Below are positions 13,020 through 25,860 of a DNA stretch of 64,000 nucleotides, piece by piece. The DNA lies in the NCBI GenBank assembly GCA_028534125.1, contig CM052816.1:47928001-47992000 (forward strand), given 5' to 3'. Every line of letters starts with the position of its first letter. Position 1 is the first letter of the stretch. The notes under the pieces are model-generated. The model worked only from the letters and a program-made list of their open reading frames with translations, did not search any database and had not been told where the DNA came from. The DNA comes from Lama glama (taxonomy: Eukaryota). A program made the translations under genes and the position numbers.

Positions 13020-13240
13020 AATAATAGTCATAACCATTATTTATAAGGCACATTTTATGGGCCAGTGTACTAATTGTACATTTTAACCATGTGTGTTTTA
13101 TAACAGTATTTGAGGTAGATACTATTTCTGTGCTATCTAATAGACCAGGACATTGTAACCAACATTATCCAACTGACAAGTAGAACAGTTTCATGTGATT
13201 TCTTCTGATTCTAGAGATCAAGTTCTTGATTACTTCCTTC
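13020..13240 (-). mobile_element. MIR SINE
   Basis: ataatagtcataaccattatttataaggcac...tttgaggtagatactatt resembles the reverse complement of MIR. Confidence 0.5.
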
Positions 13241-13299
13241 TATAACTTCTCTTAATAGCACTGTAACTTTGGATTTTTTTTTCTTTTTCTGCAGCTACT

Positions 13300-13830
13300 G
13301 TTTTTTCTTCTATTTTTCACCACTTTATTAGTGTTCCCCAGGATTTACTAATTTGCTCTACTTTCTCTAATTTATGTGTCTTAGGCAGCACATTAACTCC
13401 AGTTCCATACTTCCAGTAGCCCCCTGAATACCTCTAATGGCTTCTTTGCCATGTGGAACATAATGGGGCATACATTAAGCTGAACACAACAGAGCTAGAT
13501 CTAGAGTCAGGGATTCTAGGTTGTTGTTCTGGATTCATGATTAACTACTTGGTTTTGCAAATGCCATTGAAATCTCTCTGGATTTCAACCTCTTGGCCTA
13601 CAAAGGGATAATATTTAACTCCACAATTTTAAAGTTATTTCCATTTTTCAAGCTGATTTTTCAAATCAAATTTAACACATTTCTTCTAAAATACACTCTT
13701 ATTTCTGACTTCCATTTTTCTGTGACAATGCCATTCACTTCTGTTGGTATCATCTTGGACCTAGATCCATCCTCTTACCCTGTAATTTCTATACAGATTA
13801 ATCAATTTTAATATTTCTCTGCTCATGTGT
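13300..13830 (+). mobile_element. L2 fragment interrupted by a MIR (about 13480-13620)
   Basis: tgttccccagg and caaatcaaatttaacacatttc are L2-like; ctagagtcagggattctagg..ttggttttgcaaatgccattgaaatctctctgg is MIR-like. Confidence 0.45.
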
Positions 13831-14853
13831 GTTTTGTCTCAGAGTGTGAAGTCCCATTTCTCAGTCTCACAGACTTACTGGGGGATTTGGTAAACAAAAC
13901 AAACATATGAGTGACTATGAGCCAAATTCTGTGATACTATGATGTATTAGAAAATACTAGTTTTCCAGGATTGTGAATATAACAAGATTAAAATTTAACA
14001 CAATTACTATAATAGAGGTAATAGGCTGTATATCTATATACTAGTGGCTGCAGATTAATTTTTAAAGTTTAAAGACAGAAGTAGATGGAGTTATTTTTTT
14101 CTCTTTTCCTTTAAGTATAAGGGACATTTATACACTGGTAAAAGGGAAAGTAAAAACCAAATGCTGATGTAAGTCCTCCTGAGACACAAGGGAAAGAAAA
14201 GAGAGGCTCCCTGATCAACTAGGAGTTATAGATTCTATGACTCCAGAGAGTATGTGAAACTGGGGGACTTTTCAATACACTGTAGATGTCTTGCCCTCTT
14301 GCTTATGGGGTTCTGCTAGGTAGAATCTTAATTTTTCTTGTGAGTGACCTGGCATTCAGCCTAGACAATGTAACTCACTAATCCTTTTAACAGACAACAC
14401 CAAAGCCACTACAAGCGTAGTTTTTACACCAAAATTAAGATTGCTAGATTATAATCAAGTTGTATCAACGAGCTTCATATGTAAGGACTACAGACATCCG
14501 ATTCTTTAAGGACCATTTGGAGACCAAGAAAAAAGTCTCATTACAAAGTGACATTTATTTAGAGAGTTTCAGGCACCACAGAGGGGATTATTAAAGGCTC
14601 TTACAAAGACAGTCTGTATGATTTTTCTACAGTAGTTTCAGAAATGTTTGCCCTGATAATCTTAACCTTATCAACAGTCACTTGCATGACTGGAACCATT
14701 GTTCAGAAAGTGTTTGAAAAAAAATCACCATAAAAAGAGAAAAGCTGTAGCTAAATCTCCTAAATGATTATTTCATTGACGATACACAAAAACATTGCAA
14801 GCCATTTGAACCTATAGTTCAGCTTAAGTCAGAAAAAGATTTGGTAAAGAAAC

Positions 14854-15459
14854 TGTTAGGCAGTTAGATAGAAATGAGCATTGGGCAGGGAGAGAGGAAG
14901 GGGAAAGGAGCAATCCAGAAAATAGCTGTATGCCTGCACTCAGGATAAGGGGCTCCAAAAACTTTCTCTAAATGAGGGCCAGCAAAGAAGCCAGCTAGGA
15001 TCCAACGCTGCAGCCCTGGGATAGAGAGAAAGATTCCACTCAACCTGGTCCAACGCTCATTATAATGTAACTAACATTACAGTTGGAGCCCCCTCCTGTG
15101 GGTTTCTCTGTGTGCTTCATGGGTAGGAACCCGCCCAAAAGGGGATGAGCATACCTGAGCACAGGGAACCTGGGCTGTTCAGCCAGCCTGAGAACAAGGA
15201 ACCTGAGCTGTGAATCAATCAATCAATCACGAAAGCCCCTAAGCCAGGATATCAAAACAGGAAAAACAAAGGAGCGGCGCCATTTTCCTCTCTTGGATCG
15301 GTCTGCTCTCAGTTCTTGGGAGTGGACTATAGGTCACTAACTTTTTATTTTACTAATAAAATCTTGTTTCTATCACACTTTCTGTCTCCAGTTAAAAATT
15401 CTTTTTTTTTCGGATGACTAAGAACAGAGGTAATTCTTATTTCCCTTTTCCTGGTAACA
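14854..15459 (+). mobile_element. Solo LTR, ERV1-class (606 bp), family not identified
   Basis: Terminal inverted repeat TGTTA...TAACA; perfect 4-bp TSD AAAC at 14850-14853 and 15460-15463; AATAAA at 15355-15360; higher GC than the flanks. Confidence 0.85.
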
Positions 15460-17039
15460 AAACCACCAACAACAAAAAAATTAAAAACCATGTTTCCTAA
15501 AGATTTCACTGAAACTAAAAATAAATGGAGCTTTTTTTTTTTTGCTTATGCAATTATCGTGTAATCCTCCCCTACCAATATTAGTGAAAAAAAGACAAGC
15601 AAGTTCATTTATTTGTTCATGAAAGTGAAATTACTTGGTTCAAATAGTTACAAACTTCTAACCACATTCCATTGAAGAAAAATCAGGACTTAAAGTGCTA
15701 GCAGTGTTAGCTAGTAATCAAGCAAAAAACTTTCTTGGCATTAGTGAATTACTACTACACAGCATTAATTTCATGCTTGTCTACTCTGTTAAGCTGTGAA
15801 TGGTTATATAAAGTTAGAAGGCAGAGAAGAGTTAGAATAGGGTCAGAAAGTTCCTTGGAAAAAAGAAAATAATGCAATAATTGAAAGCACTTAATGCTAT
15901 TAAGTAAGACTGCAACAGAGTTTGCAAACTTGATTATTTAGGGACAGAAGACTAAGTCTATTGCACATGAGCAATTCATCTTAAAAAGTGATTGAAACAT
16001 GACTGGACAAGATGCCTTGACTTAAGTTGAAACTGGAAGTCTTAGGAATGTATTAAAGCCAGTTTTTTTCTGATCATGTTAATTCCCCTAACAAAGCTTT
16101 TAAAATTTATTTTACACTCAACTAGTTAAGACTGAGGAACATGGAAAAGTGCAGCAAAATACAAACCCATAATGAATTTTGAGTTTTGTTTTAAAAATTA
16201 ATTATTTTGGTTCTTTTTCTTTTCTCCTGATTCCGCTTGTCTATTCATAATGACCTTCCATAAATTTCTATTGAGATTCATTGGTTTAGTCCATAATGTG
16301 GACTGATTGTCCAGGAAGGTTTTATGCACTAATTAACTGTTCACAGAGGTGCCAGCATTTACATGAAGTCCCGTGCACTTTGAGTCTGTACGCCCTCAGG
16401 GATGTTGCCTTTTGATTGCTGTCCCAAGTGTGAAAAGAAGAACAGAATGGCATCAGTATGTGCATGGAAATTTTCAGCAGTTATGCTGTTTTTTCCATTG
16501 AATCATTTGTAAGTCATTTTCAAATATATTCTGCATTCTCCACTAAAATGACCTTATCCTCAACTCCTTACAGGACTTCAAGACACACAATTGTCTTTAT
16601 ATTTCCTGATCTTTACGGAAGCACTTGAACCATGCATGATCAAGATAAAACTTCATTTGGGGGTTGAGTCTTGATCTCATATCTATTCTTAATTTCCCAC
16701 CTCCCTAGATTAAAGAAAACAGAGGGAGGTGATTTGGGCATGTTATTATAGTTGAATCAAATACAGAGACCACCTGAAGTATGTCAAGGATATGTGTTTA
16801 TATGAGACAATGGGTACAATTCTGGGCATTGCATACATGGCATGTATGTGATTTGGAAAAAGTTGACTGAGCTATTTGGTCTGCTTCTCCAGCACAGAGA
16901 AGTTTGGGAGGGAGTGGGGACTGCAAAACTGCCAGCCTGGCCCAAGGCCATAGGTTTGCCTGATATTGAACTGCTGGCTTATGTCTAAATTTTGTGTTTG
17001 GGGAAACGTAATGATAGAGTTTTAGGATGTTATTTTCCC

Positions 17040-17074
17040 AAAAAAAAAAAAAAAGAAAGAAAGAAAGAAAGAAA
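17040..17074. repeat. poly(A) followed by (GAAA)5
   Basis: Directly visible. Confidence 0.9.
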
Positions 17075-18699
17075 TTGATAAAAGTCCACAGAGTTGGTAA
17101 GATGAAGTTTTGTTTGTCAGTGTATTTCCTATATAAGGCTGACAGAAGTTCACCAATTTGTTGAAATAATCTGTTAAACCCTATGATGGCCAAGAAAGTG
17201 ACTTATACTAAAAACTCCCTATGTTCAGTAAGACAGAATTTGTACACAATAGAATGGAACAGAGAGCCTGGTTAGGGACGGAAGGTAGAAAGGGAAGCCT
17301 GAGCCGAAGACTCAGAAGCAGAGAAGGATGTGGAATGCAGGATCCAAGAACCAGGGTTTCAGGGAGAAGGAGGGGAGCTGGTCAGAGGAAAGGTGGGTTA
17401 ATACCGAGACTGTCACTCACAGCTGTCCTGTGATATCCACAGCAAGGTGCATGGGAGGCCTGGCTGACCAGAGCTGAGAGACACAGTTGAGAACTGAGCC
17501 TGTTTGGTCATACACAATGGTTCATAGGTTCTGTTTGCTAGCTTCTCCCAAAGAAGTTTTGAATGAGGGTTAACTATTCCCCTTACTAGCTTTCAAACAG
17601 AAAACTGCTATATGTCATATATTCGCTAACTAATTTTTATTAGCAAACGAGGTCAACTATAACCTGTTTTGACTCTATGAACTGCTAACTGTTGATGTTT
17701 AAGTGCTTCAATTATCATCTTGCAGGAAAAAAAATTGACTTGAGGGAAACGCGAAAACTCTAGATGTAGAGTTCTCTCAGACTTAAAGCCAGCCTCAGAT
17801 TTTATCCTCCAATATTAAAACTTGAGAACATATGACAAATTAGAGATTTAGCCTACGCCTTTAGGTTAAAAAAAAAGTTCCATTTCCTTGGATTCTTATA
17901 CCTCATCTATTCATGGGTTGGAGATGTTCTTAGCCATATGCCCCAAATGCCTTTAATTTCAACAAGAAATCCCAGTTTAATATTTTATGCTATTTAGTAT
18001 TTGTCTAATACAAACCCATATCTGACAGCATGCTAATTGCCAAAGCCTTGACTCTTAATTAAGATTATGAAAAGCAAAGTAGGTACCTCTAGACTATAAG
18101 CTTTCAAATTACAATCCCAACACCATTTTGTATTTAGCTTATATTTAAATATGACACACATAATATACTGAATTTTATGGAACATTACAGATATATAATA
18201 GATAAGTTGAATAAGAATTACCTTAAAATTACTATTAACTTTTAAAATATGTATTAGTCTAAGCTCTTTAATAAAAACGAAAAAAAATCTCACCTATAGA
18301 AACATGCCATATTATTTAGTATCATCTGTGTAAAGTAGTAATTGCTTTTCAAGCACAAAACCTCATAATCTCAGAGATTCCAGGATTTCTGGAAAGTTTA
18401 TACCATGAACATTTTTTTATTTTAAACCACTAATTATTTCATTGAACTGCCCAAAGTGAAGTCCTTTAATCACTTCTCATGGAAATTTCTGTACTTAGAA
18501 CAGTTTGTTTATTACAGATGCCCATACCCCATTTTGATAGGTTCATAATCAATTACTTTTGTGGTAGGATACAGATGTTATTTTAAGTTCCCCAGTTGAA
18601 TCTATTCTGCAGCCGTTTGAAAAACCAGTGTTGTTTAGAAACCTGATGAGGGATTTTGTATATATTCTACATTTTCAAATTTTAATGAGAAAAAACCTA

Positions 18700-18850
18700 A
18701 CTGGCTTCTCACCAAAAATCTAGATTCTCAGGCCACAACCACAAAAATTCTTGGTTAATAGGTCTCAATTAGAACCAAAGTGTCTGTATTTTAAACTACA
18801 CCCCCTGTTATGACACAGGAAGTCTAATATCCACAGCTTGAAAGAACATT
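18700..18850. mobile_element. MER5-like hAT-Charlie MITE (degraded)
   Basis: aaaatctagattctcaggccac...ttaataggtct...tctgtattttaaac. Confidence 0.45.
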
Positions 18851-19149
18851 CTACAATAGTTAGCAAAAAGTATTTCAAGTCAAGAGTGGCTCAGTACAGA
18901 TTTGTTAAACTAAATATTGAGTGAAAAGGCTCTCATTTGGTGGATGATCCATAGGTAGTAACTATCTCAGGAGTTTATCTAGGGCACTGACCAAGCAGCC
19001 TTTGTTTAAGGGTGAAGGGAAGTTCTACAGGAGTAAGGGCAAAGATGCAGGGTCTCAACCAAGGCAGCAGAGCAGGCCATGAAGCACAGGAGCATCTGAT
19101 AAGAATAATGAACATTTTATATTTTCTACAACCAGCCTTTTCTTCTTAC

Positions 19150-19300
19150 TCTAGTACCTCTCCAACTGTGGTCCTTGGACCACCATCAGCCCAAGCACTC
19201 AGTAACTTGTTAAAAATGCAAATTATTAGGCCCTATTCTAAAACCACTAAATCAGAAACTCTGGGGATGAGACCCAGCAAACTAACGCAAACTAATGACT
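19150..19300. mobile_element. MER5A-like hAT-Charlie MITE
   Basis: tgtggtccttggaccaccatcagc..cttgttaaaaatgcaaattattaggccc..actaaatcagaaactctgggg. Confidence 0.75.
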
Positions 19301-20249
19301 GAGACACAAAATCCTAGTCACAGGATTTAAGTCCACCCTAAATGTTAAGGGTTCAGGTCAAGCAGTTGCAGAATCAGAAACTGGGACCAAGTGTGAGAAT
19401 GTCTTGGAGCTGCAGTTACAGCTTGAACATATAAGCATTTAGGGACTGGTGAAACATAAGTCAGGCTGGCTTAAATGGCCCAAAGTGGGAAGGAGTCACT
19501 ATTGTGCCTTCCCATAAAGCTTGCCTGTGTCTGACTGTCAGAGATGCAATGCCAGGGAAATGGAACCCTGACCTGATGAAGTATGACATTTCTTATTTTT
19601 ATCATAAATTCTTTGTGTGATCAGAACATGATTTCTGGGTCTTCCTTGCTTGTGGGAAACTTTAAACTGAATATAATAAAAGTAGTTCATCTTTCCGGTA
19701 CAATGGATGCAATCACCCTCCAATTGCACACAATCACAGTAACCTCCACATTCAGGAGCCTGTGGCTTTAATGGTTTGATCAAAAATGCTTCAGCCGGTG
19801 TCAGGTGGTTACCACATGACTACTGAAAATTCAGGGGTGAATCATTTTTAAAAACATTCCTTAAAATGGCAGTAGTCAATAAAAGAAAAAGTTCCTAAAA
19901 AAAAATACTGGCTTCAGTGATGCTCACCAAGAAGCAGTATTTCAAGTTCTTCAGGAATATCCACAGTCTTCTTTGGGCAGTTTTTGCCACATCTCAGCAG
20001 TTTCATATTCTGTACCACCTGAGCTAATCATTCCACAGGTTATTACAAAGAATTCTCTCTCAAAATTTGCTTTCCATTTAGTGATTGACAAAGGTTTTAT
20101 GCAGTTTGTTAAGAATTTTATTTTTAACCATGTGTTTTCTTTCAGATAAAGTATTCTAGCTATGCTCTATTTTCAAGGAAAAATACAACAGCTTTAGGAA
20201 TATGTAAGCTTCTTTTGGTCCCTTTTGTGTTCCAGCTTATTACTTTTAA

Positions 20250-20460
20250 AGTTTCTTACATTAAGCATCACAGACATTTGCAGACAATATTTGTGTTCAT
20301 GGCAATCCTGTGAGATATGTATTATCCTTGTTTCATAGACAAGGAAACTGAGATGCAGAGAGGCCAATAAATGGCCCGTGCAAATAGCATGCTAGCATTT
20401 GAACTCTGGCTGTCTTACTTGAGAGCTCATGCTTTTGACAATATTGCTTAATAAAATTCT
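20250..20460 (-). mobile_element. MIR SINE
   Basis: caatcctgtgagatatgtattatccttgtttcatagacaaggaaactgagatgcagagagg is the reverse complement of the MIR core. Confidence 0.75.
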
Positions 20461-20514
20461 ATAGAGTATATAAGCTTTTCTAAACATAAATTTTTCATAC
20501 ATAGATGTATAGGT

Positions 20515-20650
20515 TGACTATAAGCCGTATGAAGTAAGAGATTATGAACTGTTTTACTCAATTTTTCCTAAAGCCCAGCTGCGTAACATAGCAGTAGTCA
20601 CATAGGAAGTAATCAATTATTTATGGAATAAATAAATGATATGAATGGGG
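20515..20650 (+). mobile_element. L2 3' end
   Basis: gactataagccgtatgaagtaagag...cacataggaagtaatcaattatttatggaataaataaatg. Confidence 0.6.
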
Positions 20651-21307
20651 TTGTATGCGGATATCAAGTATAGATCTTATTTTGGAGGATAGACTTAAAT
20701 AATTATTGGGTAAGTCTATGGCATGTACCTTTTTAATTCTGAAAGATATGATTTAGTATATATGGAAAATTCTATCATATTCCCTTTTGAAAATTTGCTT
20801 AATCAACTACTCTGACCACACATACATTGAAGGCTTTTTTTCCTCCTGATCATCTAACCTTCTGAGTACATTGAAGAGTTAACTGAATTGTAACCTGGAA
20901 GTTATTCACAAATTTCTATTCACTGTAGACATCTATAGCACTCTTCTTGACAGGTGATCATTCAGCCTCCAGGACATTCCAAGTGACAGGGAGGCCATTA
21001 TGACATAGGGCAATTCACTCCATTTTTGAGCAACTCTAATTATTTAGAAAGTTCTTTCTTGTAGTTGGTTGAAACTGCCTTCCTTGTAACTTCTTCCCAT
21101 TGTTCTTAGTTTTGTCCTCTAGAGCTACTCAGAGTTACTGCCTGGACACATGTCTACACGACAGTCCTTCAAATATTTCAAGGCAGTAATCACGTCCCTC
21201 TAGGTCTTTCGTGCTCCGGGCTAAAAATCCCTAGTTCCTTCCGACATTTCTCATGCTGTATGTTCAGCACTCTAGTAGCCATTGTGTCTTTAAAAATCAT
21301 CCTCTGA

Positions 21308-22171
21308 CAGAGGTGGATTTACCACGAAGTTAAGAGCCTCAGGGCTCCACTTGCATGGCCCCTTCCACAGCCTCAAGAGGGCACTGATCCATGTGTTTTA
21401 CAGCAAAACTTGCAAAATCAAGATATTTAAACCTCAGTGGGTTAAGACTGCTCTGACTTTTCAGACCTTAGGTGGAAATGCCACATGGCTTCGGATTGGC
21501 CATAGGCATTTCTGGATTTGGCTAGTTGGGGATATCTTTCAGTGGTTTAGTGGTGTCCACCTGTGTGTATGCAGTCACTTCTGTGATTGTTAAGCTCTCA
21601 TTAGCTGTCCCTGAGTCAGAATGGCTTGCAGGAATTGTTCTATATCTGCTGTGCCAATTCCTAGCATCGTAACTCGAGGAAATTGAAGACAACCTGGTTA
21701 GTATCATTAGTTTAAGAGTATTTAAAATTAGTTTATAAGAAAATTTGAAATCTTAACAGCTTGCACATGGAAGAAACTAGAGAACAGTTTTCCTGGAAGT
21801 TGACAATAATCCTAAACATTTATATCACTTACCAATGAACTGTGAAGCTGAAAAAAAGTTTCTAAATGATCAATAATAAAAATACATTTCAACCAACCAC
21901 ACTACGATTGAATTATCTGTTTCCCCTACAAAAGAAATTACAAAACTGCCAGTATGCAAAGATGTCATCTATGGCTCTGCAGCCGCATTTTTTAGAGGTG
22001 TGTCAGTTTAATGAAAATATTACAGTTTTTGAAATGTGGTATTTGTCAGCTTGTGATCTCTTTCATTTCAATTCACCATTAATTTTTATACTTAGGTTTT
22101 TAATTTTGAAGCAGGTCCCCAAAGTTATATAAGCTCTGGGCTCTACAAACCTAAGTCCTAGATCCACCCTG
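21308..22171. mobile_element. hAT-Tip100 non-autonomous DNA transposon (Arthur1-like)
   Basis: Imperfect TIRs cagaggtggattta / tagatccaccctg; subterminal sequence matches the recalled Arthur1 consensus; interrupts the L3. Confidence 0.7.
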
Positions 22172-22299
22172 CTCTTCAAACTCAGAGAAGTCTCAACAGA
22201 AATATTACAATGGGACTTTCACCTCCTTTGATCTGACACTCCGCTTTTACTGATTCTAGCCAGATTCCATTAGCTTTTCTGGCAGTCTTGCCACACTGA

Positions 22300-22500
22300 T
22301 CACAGAATTGCTGAATCAGAATCTTGTGGTTGAATGTAACTTCAAAGGTCATCTAAGCTAAACACTCATCCTATGACCAAATCCCCAGTTGACAGCCCTG
22401 CCAGGCGGTTAGCCCGTGGTTGAATGCTCCCTATGACAGGAAGCTCATTATGTCCTGTGAAAGCTGTTACATCTTTGAACAACTCTGAATTTCAGAAGAG
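22300..22500 (-). mobile_element. Second L3/CR1 3'-end fragment nested in the first
   Basis: gaatcagaatctt..ttcaaaggtcatctaagc..tgacaggaagctcatta repeats the L3 terminal region also seen near 20880-21050. Confidence 0.6.
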
Positions 22501-22579
22501 TTAAACCAATGCCTCTTGTTGGATTTGCTGTAAAATTAAATATCTTTCCTTTTTCAGATAAACTGGTTTTATCTAAATC

Positions 22580-22932
22580 TCATTTTTAAAACAACCTTGA
22601 AATATAATTTACATACTGTACAATTAACCACTTAAGCGTTTTTTTGTTTTGTTTTCTTTTCTTTTGTTTTAGCAAAGTCACAGTTACACAACCATCACTA
22701 GTATGTAATTTTAGAGCATTTCATACTCCCTCAAAGAACCTGTGTACCTGTTAGCAGTCAATTCCCATTCCTTCTACCTGTCCCACAACTAAGCCCTAAG
22801 CAATGGTTAATCTATTTTCTTACTACTAACTTGCTGATCCTGGAAACTTCATACAAATGGGATCATACAGTATGTAGTCTTTTGTGACTAGCTCCTTTCA
22901 CTTAGCATAATGTTTGCAAGGTTCATCCTCAT
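22580..22932 (-). mobile_element. L1M 3' UTR fragment (L1MB/MC-type)
   Basis: ttgaaatataatttacatac..caaccatcacta..tagtctttttgtgactagctcctttcacttagcataatgtttgcaaggttcatcc. Confidence 0.8.
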
Positions 22933-23129
22933 TTTGGATTTTTAAACATTTTTTTAAACCTAAATGTAGGACTTTACATTCACCCGCATTTAATTTTATG
23001 TTTTTAGTTATAGCTAGTGTTCCAACCTGCCAAAACTAATTTTAACTTTCCAACATCTTTTCAAATAGTTATTGTTTTACTAACGACACGTCCTATGGTG
23101 GCCTGGTCACTGATGGGGGAAAAAATTAA

Positions 23130-23390
23130 AGTTATAGTGCACGTATACAGTGCTTATTTTACGCTAACCAGTGGTTAATTTTCTCTATAAGTATAATTAT
23201 TTACATAATAATAATACTGTAAGATAATTTATCTCCATTTTATAAATTAAAAAACAGAACAAAACCTGATGTTTAAACCAGGTAGTTAACTTGCCTAACT
23301 TCATGCAGCCAGGAAGTTGCAGAACTGGGGTTCTAATCCAGGCCTGTCTGGCTGTGAAGTCCATACTTTAGACCACTAGACTCCATGATC
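23130..23390 (-). mobile_element. MIR SINE
   Basis: tatctccattttata..taacttgcctaacttcatgcagccaggaagttgcagaactggggttctaatccaggcctgtctggct. Confidence 0.75.
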
Positions 23391-23409
23391 TCCCTGACAT
23401 TCTTTCATT

Positions 23410-23640
23410 CCCAGTAATATTTAGAAGCATCACTATGTGCTGTTCTCTATACATAAATTACTTCATCCTAGTACAGTGCTCTGGAAAATGCTATAGAGTG
23501 GATATTGTGATCTTCAATATATAGCACAAGAACCTTTAGTTCAAAAGGGTCAGGTAATCTGTCCAGTTTACTCAGCTAATGACTGACAAGGTGGTGCCTG
23601 CATCCAAGCGTACTGGATGTCAAAGGCTTTGCCCTTCCCA
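23410..23640 (-). mobile_element. MIR SINE (degraded, adjacent to the previous one)
   Basis: atatttagaagcatcactatgtgc..aaagggtcaggtaatctgtccagtttactcagctaat. Confidence 0.55.
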
Positions 23641-23789
23641 AAGGTGCTCCAGCCCTTGGGGTGTGGACTAGGTCGATTCTCCAGTAAAGCTCTGAAGACG
23701 ATCAGTAGTTGAGTCATTATCTGGAGTCCTCACTCTGGTGCTGCAAATGATCTCTGGAAGCTTAAGGTTAAAAACAGCCATTAGCACTG

Positions 23790-23962
23790 ACGTGTGTATG
23801 TGTATACCAATGTATACACATATGTAAACATGCATGGCATGTCCATGTATATATCACATGTGTATTGTGTATATAGTACATATATATAGATGTCACATAT
23901 AGAGATATATATCTATATTGAGACATATCTGAACACATACGTGTATTTGTGTATATGTATGT
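23790..23962. repeat. TA/CA/TG-rich low-complexity tract
   Basis: Largely alternating purine-pyrimidine sequence, directly visible. Confidence 0.85.
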
Positions 23963-25299
23963 AACCTAACCTTGTCATGTGGCCTAAAACCGAGTGAATA
24001 AGTAAAATCTCACTGCTGACAGGTTTCTATTCCAAAGATGCCAGTTTTATGATGAAAAATTCAGCATATCACCACTAAATCTGTTTCCTTGCTTTAGTCT
24101 GGGAAATTATTTTTAAAAGTGCATTTCTAGGAAGTCCTTTTGTTGGGAGGGTAGAACGTGGAGAATAGCATATTATGGGTTCCTCGCTGAGGGCCTTTGT
24201 TCATATGCCCCTTTTAATACAAATAAAGTTTAATATGAACAAAGTCTTATACAAAACAGAAGAGGAAAGGTGTCATATAAAGGCAACATGACATCGGAGG
24301 CATGTAGATGTTAGGTAGGAGTTGACTGCAGCTGTCTGTCAGTCCCACTGAGCCCAGGGTGTCTGTGTCATCTAGAAGGGTTGTTACATGACTTATTACC
24401 CTACTTTTTAATGATGGAAACCACAAATTATGTTGTTGCAGTACAGAGAAATGTCCACTGTCTACAAATGGCTAGCTATTGTGATCGTTAAAAATAGTGA
24501 CAATCACATTCTGGTATTAGTCATTTTAAAAGAGATTTTTAAGTTATCTTAGGATAATCATCTATCTTTGGAGTCTAAGACTTTAGGGAAAAAATCCTTT
24601 GGGAATTTTTTTCATATCTACACAATTTTATAAAACAGTTATTTGAGACCATTGTGTTGTCAAATAAATACTTGGCACCTTTGGCTTTTCCGAAATATGG
24701 TAATTGTCACCAATACTGTTGCCTTTGCTATCAGGTGTTCTGGTGGCCTAATAGGTGGCCAAATTTGACTGTGTGAAATCTAATCATCTCAGGGTGCTTT
24801 ATTTTGTGTGATTTTGTTTTAAATGACAATGACAGATGAACTTGCTCTCACCCATAACTTGATGCTGTTCTTATTCCCCTCAACTGACTGGCTCTTGTAC
24901 CACAGTCAGATCCCCAGATAAGTTTTACTTTTACGCTTGTTAGGCTAACTTACAACGAGGTCTCTTGAAATCTCCTAACTCCTGAAGACAACTTGTCATC
25001 AGCCTCCAATGTCATGGTCTTATGAAAGGACAGACGCTCTGCCTTTGTTGAGTTTGCATGACTAATTTTCTGTTTCTGTCTCTGTGCCTGATTTCTCATT
25101 TCATCCACTCCAATATGGACTATTTCCACCTATGCTTACAGTAAGCATTTCATGATTTCAGTAGCTTTGCTGAAAAATCTAACCATTGAGGAAACGGCCA
25201 CACTAGAGAGCATACTGCCTTCCATTATCGCATAGGTTCCACATCTCTGTCCTCTTTTTTTCTCTCAGTACTTTGCTTCTCCAGAATAACTGACACATT

Positions 25300-25860
25300 C
25301 TTCCACTCTCTCAGGTACAGCATTTGTTTCTCATAGTACTTCCAGAGGATCCTGGTAAAACATATTTCACTTCTCAGCTTAAAATTTGAAAATCTCCAAT
25401 GGCTTTATTTTCACAAAGAGTAAAAGCCTAGGCCCGTTAAATGAACTAAAACACCTTGAACTTCCCTGGCTTCTCCTCCTACTCCCTTGGTTCTTCCTTG
25501 CCACACTCCCAACCATGTGGGGTTTGCACTTACAATTATTGTTTTGCTTTCTTTTACTTGCTCAGAATGATTTTTCTCTGGGTTGAGGAGTTTCTCAGTC
25601 ATTTTATTTAAAATTGCTTGCCCCACACTCCTAATCTTTCTTTCCTCTTTCACTTCCATAGCCATTTTGACCTTTTAATTTACCCCGTAGTTTGCCTGTC
25701 TACCCTCCCCCTATAAGCACACCCCAGCTTATGCCCAGAACATAAACTCAGTGACAAGAAGTCTGTTTTTAATTGCTATACCGTCAGAATCTAGGATGGT
25801 TCTTGGCACATCATAGCCAATAAATATTTACTAGATAACAAAATCAATGAATAAATAACT
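25300..25860 (+). mobile_element. L2 LINE 3' portion
   Basis: ctccaatggcttt..gagtaaaagcc...ttggcacatcatagccaataaatatttactag..aatgaataaat. Confidence 0.75.

Larger units (their letters stand above)
20880..23080 (-). mobile_element. L3/CR1 LINE (3' part of ORF2), split by later insertions
   Basis: Minus strand near 21160-21200 reads RDVITALKYLKDC, resembling the CR1 ORF2 C-terminal motif RGDxIxxxKYLKG; collinear L3-like pieces at about 20880-21300, 22175-22300, 22500-22560 and 22935-23080. Confidence 0.75.

Noticed and set aside
17230..17510. Purine-rich segment, possibly an ancient LTR (similar texture at 19310-19790 and 29270-29510)
   Set aside because: I could not find termini, a TSD or a family match by eye; needs a Dfam search.
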